From positions 960,001 through 1,024,000 of the forward strand of contig OY970368.1 of assembly GCA_963718615.1 (NCBI GenBank): a DNA stretch of 64,000 nucleotides, read 5' to 3'. Every line of letters begins with the position of its first letter. Positions within the stretch are counted from its first letter, which is position 1. The translations under genes were made by a program, and so were the position numbers. The notes beneath the pieces were generated by a model that worked only from the letters and a program-made list of their open reading frames with translations, had not been told where the DNA came from and ran no database searches. Of the stretch, positions 41,840-50,427 are shown one piece after another. Source of the DNA: an uncultured cyanobacterium. GTDB lineage: Bacteria; Cyanobacteriota; Cyanobacteriia; PCC-9006; JAAUQQ01.

Positions 41840-41880
41840 CTTAAAGATTTGCTAACCCAAGGTTAAAGATTTCCTTACCT
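41840..41880 (+). promoter_or_regulatory. SphR (Pho) box upstream of phoX
   Basis: Four YTTAAYY-like units at 11-bp period: cttaaaga, gctaaccc, gttaaaga, ccttacct. Confidence 0.7.
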
Positions 41881-41941
41881 GCGACCGATAGGATGACATC
41901 GTTCCTATCCCTTTGCTTCGGTTCCTCCAGCAGATCTTGCT

Positions 41942-44173
41942 ATGGCGAAAAAACACAGCTTTTCTTCCCGGATTCAAAAGGCCATTCATTCTGAAGATAC
42001 AATTCATAACGGTTCTGCCAACGACTCCTTTGATCAGGTCTTAGCAAGAGCTCGCGTGGGGCGACGGGGGTTTCTCAAAGGCAGTTCATCCCTGGTGGCG
42101 GCTTCTATGCTGGGAACAGGGCTGTCTTTTCTGGCCGACTCAGCCCATCCTGCCCGGAAAGTTGCTCAAGCTACTACAAAGGCTTCTCTGAGCTTCAATC
42201 CAGTGGCCAAGACTATCACTGATAGCCTGACTGTTCCGGAGGGATATACGGCGAGAGTTTTATTGGCAACGGGTGATCCGATTCATCGGGATGTTACTCC
42301 CTATAAGAATGATGGGACCGACGATGACTTCGCAGGGCGGGCCGGCGATCACCATGACGCGATGCAATACTTCGGCATGGACTCCTCGGGTACGAAATGG
42401 GACTCTAAGGGTAGCGATCGCGCCCTCCTCTGTATAAACCACGAAGTTTGTGAAGACCTGGGCTTCATCCATCCCAATGGCCCAACGGACTATGGCCCCG
42501 AAGCGATCGCCCCTCGTCCTCCCACAGAAATCGATAAGGAAGTTGATGCCCATGGAGTGAGCGTGATTGAAATCCTGCGGCAGGGTGACACTTACCAGAT
42601 CAATCGTGACTCCCGGTACAACCGACGAATCACGGGCACAACCCTTTTTGAAATCACGGGGCCTGCTCGTCGCAGCCCGATGATGGCGACCGTTTTTTCT
42701 CCCAGTGGCGAACAGACCCGTGGAACCCTGAACAATTGCGGACATGGATACACGCCTTGGGGAACCTTTCTCAGTGGCGAAGAAAACTGGGCTGGATATT
42801 TCCATCGTCGCGAAGCGGATACGGCCAGAACCACCAAGGACGTAGCCTCGTTCAAACGCTACGGTATTGGTTCAGCGACTTCGGGGCGTTACAACTGGTC
42901 ACGAGCTGGAGCCACCGATAGCACCGACCACTATCGCCGTTGGGACGTCGGACAAACAGGCAGCAGCGCTGAGCAAGATTTTCGGAATGGGGCCAATGCC
43001 TTTGGTTGGGTTGTGGAAATTGATCCCTTTCATCCCAATGCTACTCCTAAAAAACGTACTGCCCTAGGTCGATTCGCCCATGAGGGAGCCTGGTCTGCTC
43101 CAGTGGTTGCTGGACAGCCCCTTGTGTTTTATATGGGCGACGATGCTCGCAACGAATACATCTATAAATTTGTTTCCGCCGCTGCCTGGGACCCTCAAGA
43201 TGCCACCAGAGGGCTGGAGGCTGGCAACAAGTATCTGGATGCCGGTACATTGTATGTGGCCCAATTTCAGGATGATGGGACTGGGGAGTGGTTGCCCCTA
43301 ACCCTCAACAATCCCAAGATTGCCAACTACACGACCTATCCCTTCGCGGATGAAGCTGATGTGGTAATCAATGCCCGTATCGCCGCCGATGCCGTTGGAG
43401 CCACGAAGATGGACCGTCCTGAGTGGGGCGGGGTCAACCCGGCCAATGGAGAGGTTTATATCACGCTGACCAACAATGTCTCAAGCAGTAATGGGCGAGG
43501 GTTTAAGACTCCCCTTGATGCCGCTAATCCCCGTTTCTATGGGGACGAGAAAGGCTCCAAAACCACTCAGGGGAATGTTAACGGCCACATCCTTCGTTGG
43601 CGTGAAACCGCTAGCAACTCTGCCGCGCTGTCCTTTTCCTGGGATGTTTATCTATTTGGAGCCCAGGCCGACGCAGAGGCGGACGTCAACCTTTCGAATC
43701 TCACGGATGAAAACGATTTTTCAAGCCCTGATGGCCTTTGGTTTAGCGAAGCAGTACCCGGTTTGCTATGGATTCAAACCGATGATGGTTATTACACCGA
43801 TCGTACCAATTGCATGATGCTAGCGGCAATCCCCGGAGCCGTGGGGGATGGTGGCACAAAAATGGTGACCAATAAGGCTGTACCCACGAATAGCAATTCG
43901 GATCAAACCCTCCAAACCTACCTGGGGCAGCCCGCTAGCCCAATGGTGTTACGGCGCTTTTTGGTTGGTCCTCGGGATTGTGAAATCACTGGCATCACTG
44001 AATCGCCCGATGGCAAGGTCCTTTTCGTGAATATTCAGCACCCCGGCGAGAATAGCCCCTCGGTTACTGATCCGAGTCAATTTACAAGCCATTGGCCGGA
44101 TGGGGGAAATGCGCGTCCCCGCTCTGCAACGGTCGTGATTACGCGCAATGATGGCGGGAAGATTGCGGTTTAG
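41942..44173 (+). CDS. phoX: PhoX-family alkaline phosphatase (Tat)
   Basis: RRGFL Tat motif, TPWGTFLSGEEN, ALGRFAHE, MDRPEW, FVNIQHPGE. Confidence 0.93.
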   Translation: MAKKHSFSSRIQKAIHSEDTIHNGSANDSFDQVLARARVGRRGFLKGSSSLVAASMLGTGLSFLADSAHPARKVAQATTKASLSFNPVAKTITDSLTVPEGYTARVLLATGDPIHRDVTPYKNDGTDDDFAGRAGDHHDAMQYFGMDSSGTKWDSKGSDRALLCINHEVCEDLGFIHPNGPTDYGPEAIAPRPPTEIDKEVDAHGVSVIEILRQGDTYQINRDSRYNRRITGTTLFEITGPARRSPMMATVFSPSGEQTRGTLNNCGHGYTPWGTFLSGEENWAGYFHRREADTARTTKDVASFKRYGIGSATSGRYNWSRAGATDSTDHYRRWDVGQTGSSAEQDFRNGANAFGWVVEIDPFHPNATPKKRTALGRFAHEGAWSAPVVAGQPLVFYMGDDARNEYIYKFVSAAAWDPQDATRGLEAGNKYLDAGTLYVAQFQDDGTGEWLPLTLNNPKIANYTTYPFADEADVVINARIAADAVGATKMDRPEWGGVNPANGEVYITLTNNVSSSNGRGFKTPLDAANPRFYGDEKGSKTTQGNVNGHILRWRETASNSAALSFSWDVYLFGAQADAEADVNLSNLTDENDFSSPDGLWFSEAVPGLLWIQTDDGYYTDRTNCMMLAAIPGAVGDGGTKMVTNKAVPTNSNSDQTLQTYLGQPASPMVLRRFLVGPRDCEITGITESPDGKVLFVNIQHPGENSPSVTDPSQFTSHWPDGGNARPRSATVVITRNDGGKIAV

Positions 44174-44314
44174 GGTATCCCTAACTACTGACGGTCTTTT
44201 TTTGAGGACACTTCTTTTCCTAAGAGCTTGATCGAGTTAAGGTCGAGCTCTTTTCTTAATTCTGAATGGGCTCGATTAAAATGGACAAGAGTTTGTTCAT
44301 CCTCATACAATCCT

Positions 44315-45340
44315 ATGGCTCCCGCAATTCTCATTGAGAAGCTTCAAAAATCCTACGGTTCGGTGCAGGCCGTCAAAGACGTCTCGCTCCAGGTGGAAGC
44401 GGGGGAGATTTTTGGACTATTGGGTCCTAACGGTGCGGGCAAAACAACGACGCTGCGCTGTCTCTGTACCTTGAGCACGCCCGACGCGGGTAAGCTGGAA
44501 GTCAGTGGGGTGTCGGTTGTGGCGCAGCCGAAGTTGGCGCGGCAGAAGCTGGGCTATGTGGCCCAGGAGGTGGCGCTGGATAAGGTTTTAACGGGGCGGG
44601 AACTACTGCGGCTTCAGGCGGCGCTGTATCACTTGCCGAAGCAACGGATTGGCGATCGCGTCCAACAAGTCATCGATCTCCTCGGCATTGGCGATTGGGC
44701 GGATCAAAAGACCGGCACCTACTCTGGCGGCATTCGTAAACGCCTAGACCTGGCGGCGGGATTGCTACACCAACCTAGCGTTCTGGTTTTGGATGAACCA
44801 ACGGTGGGTCTGGATATCGAGAGCCGCACGGTGATTTGGAATTTTTTACGCGGTCTAAAGGCCCAGGGGATTACGGTTTTGCTGACCAGCCACTATTTGG
44901 AGGAAGTGGATGCCCTGGCGGATCGGGTGGCGATTATTGACCGGGGGCAGGTAATTGCGGTAGGGACGCCGTCGGAGTTGAAGGATCGGGTGGGGGGCGA
45001 TCGCATCACGCTCCGCATTCGTGAATTCACCCCTGACGAAGAAGCCCACCAAGTCAAGCAGATGCTTGAGCAACTTCCCTTGGTGCAAGAGGTGATCCTT
45101 AATGCGGCCCAGGGCAATTCTTTAAACCTTGTGGTTGATCCCCAAGCAGATGCCTTAGCAACGGTGCAGCAAGCTTTGCGGGAGGCGGGGTTGCCGACGT
45201 TTGGGATAGCCCAGGCGCGACCTAGTTTGGATGATGTCTATTTGGCGGCGACGGGACGGACGTTGATGGATGCGGAATTGGCGGCGGCGGGGAGTCGGGA
45301 TTTGAAGAAGGAGAAGAAACAGGCGATGAAGGGTTTGTAG
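44315..45340 (+). CDS. ABC transporter ATP-binding protein (DrrA-like)
   Basis: GPNGAGKT, YSGGIRKR, LDEPTVGLD. Confidence 0.92.
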   Translation: MAPAILIEKLQKSYGSVQAVKDVSLQVEAGEIFGLLGPNGAGKTTTLRCLCTLSTPDAGKLEVSGVSVVAQPKLARQKLGYVAQEVALDKVLTGRELLRLQAALYHLPKQRIGDRVQQVIDLLGIGDWADQKTGTYSGGIRKRLDLAAGLLHQPSVLVLDEPTVGLDIESRTVIWNFLRGLKAQGITVLLTSHYLEEVDALADRVAIIDRGQVIAVGTPSELKDRVGGDRITLRIREFTPDEEAHQVKQMLEQLPLVQEVILNAAQGNSLNLVVDPQADALATVQQALREAGLPTFGIAQARPSLDDVYLAATGRTLMDAELAAAGSRDLKKEKKQAMKGL

Positions 45341-45406
45341 GGGCATGGGGCATGGGCATGGGGCAAGGGACATGGTGGTGGGGACATGGCATTGCCATAT
45401 CCCTAC
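45337..45406. repeat. REP-like palindrome plus ggggcat short tandem repeats
   Basis: ggggacatggcattgccatatccctac; a related copy lies at about 11900-11926. Confidence 0.6.
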
Positions 45407-45499
45407 TCTCGTCTTCTGTGAATTCCTGGAACAATACCCCGATGTACAAACGGCACAAGCTAGGACTGAGACCCAACTGACACAGTTCTTTCGGGGAGG

Positions 45500-45860
45500 A
45501 GCAAGGAAGCAGTTTGAACTTCAAGTGTTCCTGGAACAGGAGGATCAATATTTACAAGTTCACGACATACAACTTTAGGGATAATGACCTGATTATAGAG
45601 TTGAGGTAAAAGTTGTAAGTGATGAATTGCCGCCAGATTCGTCAGCATCGATGTATCACTGATAACGATTAAAGCCGTCCCAACTCCTGCAAGTTTTTCA
45701 AGTCTATTGCAAAATCTTCCACGTCGTAGGAGTAGAGAGGTATGTTTTGCTGCTTAAGGAGTTGACGAAAAGCATTCAGGGGCACTTCTGCTAGCTTACT
45801 AGCATAACCTATCGTCAGATAACTAGTTTGGAATAGATGTAGGGCAATGCAGATTAGGTC
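45500..45860 (-). pseudogene. Truncated UPF0175 antitoxin + DUF3368 PIN toxin remnants
   Basis: IALHLFQ...GYASKLAEV...YDVEDFAIDLKNL* followed by VISDTSMLTNLAAI...VIIPKVV. Confidence 0.75.
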
Positions 45861-46030
45861 TCTATCTTGTTGCTCGATTGAACTGCTTTAGGTTTTGAAT
45901 AAATCAAATACGAAGATGGCTCTGATAGCTCAGTTCGGCTGACAATCAAAACTGAGTATCAGGTGGTTGGGGCTGGCTTAAATTCGCTCAAACATTACTT
46001 TAGAGTTGTTTTTCACTTTCTCTATTGATC

Positions 46031-46059
46031 CCGTCCGACTCAGGACCTATGTTAGGTGT
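46031..46059 (-). other. attC left arm (R''/L'') of cassette C; right arm degenerate
   Basis: Minus strand ACACCTAAC-ataggt-cctgagtcggac, 38 nt after the stop; complementary to GTTAGGTGT at 47860-47868. Confidence 0.65.
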
Positions 46060-46096
46060 TTTCTTATGCATCCAGCTTGTTATAAAGACAATGCTA

Positions 46097-47779
46097 CTAT
46101 ACGGGGCTTAATTGCTTGCTAATTTTGTACATCTCATCATGATTTAGCTTTAAGAGAGGCATACGAATTAAACTCCCATTTAGAGAGATGCTTCCTTGTT
46201 CCCACTCTACTACTGATCTGTTGTAGATATCTATTAAAAGTCTATCTGTAACCGTCTTAACGTCTGCAAGATTCAAGTTTTCGGAGGATAGGATTCTATG
46301 TACGACTCCGTTAAGCAATTGAAGATTAAGCACAGTAATATCTTTTTTTAGCTTCCAAACTGAATGAGTGCCAAGACCAGCACGGCACAATAGTACACTT
46401 ACACATTGAACGTTCTCGACTCTTATTTCAAATATTTCCGATATTACAGAATCACGCTCATCTTGAGGTAAATCTTGAAAACGGTTAAGTTGCTCTATTC
46501 CCTCTTTTGAACGATTTTCAACAGCTTTTGTCATTCTTGCACCTTGTGGTGGAATAGCTGCTTTCGCTTGAATATGTACCACTGTATTAGCGCTTGATTG
46601 ATAGATGAGTAAATCAAATTCTCCCTTGCTCCAATTTTTATTAGAGACGATCCTTAAACCTGGTAGTCTTTCCCATATTTCTAAAGCTTGCTTTAAAAGT
46701 GTGGGTTCAAGATGCTGTGAAACAATATTGTTGAATTGAGTCGTATTGCATCTGTTAAGAACATAGAAAATGTTTCTTGTTGCCAACATTGATCGAAGAA
46801 TATATGGGCTAAATAAATAAGAATGCGAATAATCTATTAAAGGTGGGAAAAAACCTTCACCAGAATTTTCAAAATTCTGATTGACAACATCAATAGTGAA
46901 GAAATTTAATATATTTTCAATTGCAGAACTTTTAACGTTTGTTAAAGCCATTAATAACCTTATAAAAAAGCTTTTAGCATTAAAAACTGCAACCCATTCG
47001 TAAAATTCGTGAAATAGAGTTTCCTTTCTTGTTTCACTGCTTTCATTAAGCCAAAGAAATTCTAAAGCATTTGCAAGACCAATACTGTAGTCTGCATATG
47101 CGAATAGTGCAGCCCTGATCTTACAAAACTCTTCCCATGTTGTCCCAATAGATATTTGGAAAGCGTTTGGCTCTAAAATTGGTATTTCCTTAAAACTATT
47201 TAAACGATATTGAAATAGATCGGCTAATACTCTACACATCAAAGCCATATTAATATTAGGAAGTTGATCCGCTAGTTCAATAAATTCTTGCTTTAAATTA
47301 GGAGCTTCACCAACTAAGAACGTTAAGCTAAGTTCAGTTAAAAGAACATCGTACTCTTCAGCTCTTGAAAATTCTTCATTGGGATGTATAAGCTCAAACC
47401 CTTCCTCGATTTTTCTGACCTCATAGTAACCGCGCCGTACTTCAGGCATAAGTTCGCAAAAATGGGCATAGGATACTAGCTCTCGAAAATCTTTGACGAA
47501 CAGTGCAGTAGCTGAAAAAGCATCGATTGCGCTAACTCCTATTTGTGAAGTGCATTTTCTCAGCAAAGGGATTAAGTAAGAAAGTCTACTACTTAATGCT
47601 TCACCTTCTGCTTGATTCTTAGATATGTTGTGACCAAAGCGCTCACCCTGAATCAGAATGTCGATTACCACAAATAAGCTTGTTAAAACACTCCTAAGCG
47701 GTAACTGAAACATATCAGACTGAACAATTTTGTTGTCAATTTCACCTTCGAAAGAAAAAAGATCATCTCGATCGCTCAT
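46097..47779 (-). CDS. AT-rich cassette protein with a putative C-terminal PD-(D/E)XK nuclease
   Basis: 560 aa; GEFDLLIY...VHIQAK motif. Confidence 0.55.
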   Translation of the reverse strand: MSDRDDLFSFEGEIDNKIVQSDMFQLPLRSVLTSLFVVIDILIQGERFGHNISKNQAEGEALSSRLSYLIPLLRKCTSQIGVSAIDAFSATALFVKDFRELVSYAHFCELMPEVRRGYYEVRKIEEGFELIHPNEEFSRAEEYDVLLTELSLTFLVGEAPNLKQEFIELADQLPNINMALMCRVLADLFQYRLNSFKEIPILEPNAFQISIGTTWEEFCKIRAALFAYADYSIGLANALEFLWLNESSETRKETLFHEFYEWVAVFNAKSFFIRLLMALTNVKSSAIENILNFFTIDVVNQNFENSGEGFFPPLIDYSHSYLFSPYILRSMLATRNIFYVLNRCNTTQFNNIVSQHLEPTLLKQALEIWERLPGLRIVSNKNWSKGEFDLLIYQSSANTVVHIQAKAAIPPQGARMTKAVENRSKEGIEQLNRFQDLPQDERDSVISEIFEIRVENVQCVSVLLCRAGLGTHSVWKLKKDITVLNLQLLNGVVHRILSSENLNLADVKTVTDRLLIDIYNRSVVEWEQGSISLNGSLIRMPLLKLNHDEMYKISKQLSPV

Positions 47780-47937
47780 TACTCTTACCCGCTAAATATA
47801 TAGGCTAACCTAGTCTAATATAAAGGGAGCCACCAGAGGCTTGTTACAGTTCACAACTGACACCTAACGACCTCGTTAGACTGATTGGCAAGATAGCTGG
47901 CCCTTAATTTGTTCAACGCATCCTGGTAAATCATGGG

Positions 47938-48341
47938 GGTAGTGCCTTTAGCTGGGGGATGAGTATGGTGTGGCCATTAGAGAAAGAAAAAGCAAACTGG
48001 GTAAGACCCTTCTGTGCCAATTGCAATGACTCAAGAGCTGCTTCATTGTCCTAACTGTCTATCTGAAGATATCAGCCGTAACGGCTTCAACGATCGCGGT
48101 ACTCAAAGCTATAAATGTCGAGATTGCCGTCGCCGGTTTGTCCTGACTCCGAAATCCCTTCCCTTGAGCGATCTGCGGCAAAGGGTGTCGCGCTTGGTGC
48201 GAAAGGCGCTCTCGTTTTCAAAGAAACAAGAGAACCACGAGGCTGCGATCTGGAATTTCGTTCACCATTACAACCAGCCATTGCGCCTTAAGCAGGCACA
48301 TGCCGCTTCATTCTCTCCAGCACCCACATAATTGGACTACC
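47938..48341 (+). mobile_element. Internally deleted IS1-family element
   Basis: Ends ggtagt.../...actacc; InsA Zn finger (CPNC...YKCRDC) fused to the InsB tail (LRQRVSRLVRKALSFSK...HYN). Confidence 0.8.
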
Positions 48342-48727
48342 CTAAATTGTATGGGCCAATTCCTGAGTTAGATGGGTGGTTGAGGCGACGAATTCGGATG
48401 TGTTATTGGAAACAATGGCGCAGACCGAGGACTCGCATCAGTAACCTGTTGAAGTTGGGGACACCGAAGCAGCACGCTTTTTCTACTGGCTTGAGCCGGA
48501 AGGGATATTGGCGGTTGTCGCGGACGTTGGCCACGCAGACGGGTATGACAAATGAGTGGTTGGCACAACAGGGATTGCTTTCGATTCGTGACCTATGGAT
48601 GAAAGTCCAGGGCTACGAAGAGAAGCCTGTCAGTTTGTCTAGCAGTTAGGTTGAGAACCGCCCATTGCGGAGCCGCACGATGGGTGGTGTGGGAGGGGGG
48701 ATTCGTGAGGATTCTCCCTATCCCGAT
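48342..48727 (+). mobile_element. 3' remnant of a group IIC intron (maturase tail + DV/DVI)
   Basis: LDGWLRRRIRMCYWKQW maturase; DV gaaccgcc...gtggtgtgggagg; ends ctatcccgat. Confidence 0.9.
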
Positions 48728-48846
48728 TGGGCTGCTGGCAAGACACTCAAGTTAGCGGCAATGCCATAAACTCTGCTTTTCTAGTCGCAATGTTCTGGTG
48801 TTGTTTGTCAACACAAAAATGGAATCGTACTCTGCCGAAATTCCTC

Positions 48847-50427
48847 CTATAACCTGCACGCTTCTAAGCGAGAGAAAAGACTTGGCACTCCTCTAACCCA
48901 ACCTCCCGGTCGGGGTAAATGTCCTAACGGAGCCGATGAATCAAAGATCAAATCATAATACGGTATCCAAATACTTTTTAATCGCCATCCGACGCGGTCG
49001 CCAAACTTTTCATAAGTACTATCATCATAATTGTCATCAAGCTTGCCACCACATTCTAGATAAATTTGCTTCTGAATACTGAAACCAAATTTACCGCTAC
49101 TGTATTTCACCCACAATTCATCAAGGGTGCGGAGATCTAAACAGGGGAACTGTCTTATTTCTTCCTCCCTAACCCAGTCGCTTTCTCTCCGACCAATAAG
49201 CTTGAGTATGATCTTATAAGTTTCATAATCAGCTTCTTTCCATCTCCCAGCCTTTAACAAATCTCGGAGTAAAGTATAGTCCAAACCCCGCTCAGAACTA
49301 AGGTTATCGTGGGATGCTTCAACAGTCAAAGATGAATGTTGGGTGGAAGCAGACTGCTCAGCAACTACCTGTGCTTCAATTGCTGCAATATCTTCATCTC
49401 GTAAACCTAAATATTGCCGATAGTCTTTCAGATCCCTTAGAGATCCTTCACTTATAGGATTCTCCACCTGCATTACCTCAAGCAATGCCTCTTTATATTC
49501 TTGCAGTTTGCGTCGGTACTCTCGATGAGGTTGTAAAACCTCAACCTCAATTGCATGTGCCTCCGCTTCCGACAAGCCAAGTTGTTGTTTCAATACGTGC
49601 AAGACTCTACGAGCTACAGAGGATAATTCATCACGACTGGCAAAACGTTGTAATTCTTTGCGATATCTTAGTTTTGAATTGTCTACAGGTACTTTGGCTA
49701 GCAGAATCTTGTAACCTTCCGCAGCAGTGTAAAACATAGGAGTCATTGCTGGAGCAGCCGCTCTCACTTTGGCTTGAACGTACTCATGTAATTCATCAAC
49801 AGCAATAAAACCATCACTATCTAAATCGGCTGCTCCCGTTGCAATCCCCTCAACTAAATAACGGGTATAAAGTGACAGGTCAGATTCCTCCTGCCAAAAA
49901 GCATACTGGGTAGAGCTAGAGGAGGTTAGAATAGCACGTCCAACACCACCTAACTGTGCCCGGATATCGATATGGTCGTCGTCTCTGACAGGTAAAATCT
50001 TTACATCTCGACCAAATGTTCCACTAAAATCGCAATCTAAAATGACTACCTGTCTACGAGAACGACCATTACTCATCATCTCTTGAATGAATCTAGCTGA
50101 AACAGCAGTAGATTTTGCGAATCTATCCTTATCCTTTCGAGTGTTCCGAGTAGCTAAATAAATCTCTTCATTGTCGTCTTTAATTCCATGACCAGAGTAA
50201 TAGAATAATACCAAATCATTATTCTGGCTCTTAGAAAATAAATCATCTATGGCTTCTTCCATCTCTTGTCTACTTGGATTAGCTAGTAGAGAAGCCTGGT
50301 CAAATCCACCTACTTCGGGGTCTCGTAAAACGCGAGCCATTGCCTCGGCATCTACTCCTGCGCTTGGGAGTGGATTTAACCCCAGTTCATACTCACTCAC
50401 CCCTATCAATAGTGCAATTTTAGCCAT
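48847..50427 (-). CDS. Caspase (peptidase C14)-GUN4 fusion protein
   Basis: ALLIGVSEY, FYYSGHG, LDCDFSG; GUN4 DYTLLRDLLKAGRWKEAD...GKFGFSIQK. Confidence 0.88.
   Translation of the reverse strand: MAKIALLIGVSEYELGLNPLPSAGVDAEAMARVLRDPEVGGFDQASLLANPSRQEMEEAIDDLFSKSQNNDLVLFYYSGHGIKDDNEEIYLATRNTRKDKDRFAKSTAVSARFIQEMMSNGRSRRQVVILDCDFSGTFGRDVKILPVRDDDHIDIRAQLGGVGRAILTSSSSTQYAFWQEESDLSLYTRYLVEGIATGAADLDSDGFIAVDELHEYVQAKVRAAAPAMTPMFYTAAEGYKILLAKVPVDNSKLRYRKELQRFASRDELSSVARRVLHVLKQQLGLSEAEAHAIEVEVLQPHREYRRKLQEYKEALLEVMQVENPISEGSLRDLKDYRQYLGLRDEDIAAIEAQVVAEQSASTQHSSLTVEASHDNLSSERGLDYTLLRDLLKAGRWKEADYETYKIILKLIGRRESDWVREEEIRQFPCLDLRTLDELWVKYSSGKFGFSIQKQIYLECGGKLDDNYDDSTYEKFGDRVGWRLKSIWIPYYDLIFDSSAPLGHLPRPGGWVRGVPSLFSRLEACRL

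Noticed and set aside
45407-45500. Possible IS110 transposase scrap (LVFCEFLEQYPDVQTAQA...TQFF)
   Set aside because: About 30 codons with no ends; the resemblance is too short to support.
48332-48649. Functional RT/retron/DGR
   Set aside because: Only the maturase tail of a group II intron remains; RT domains are absent and no template/variable repeat pair was seen.
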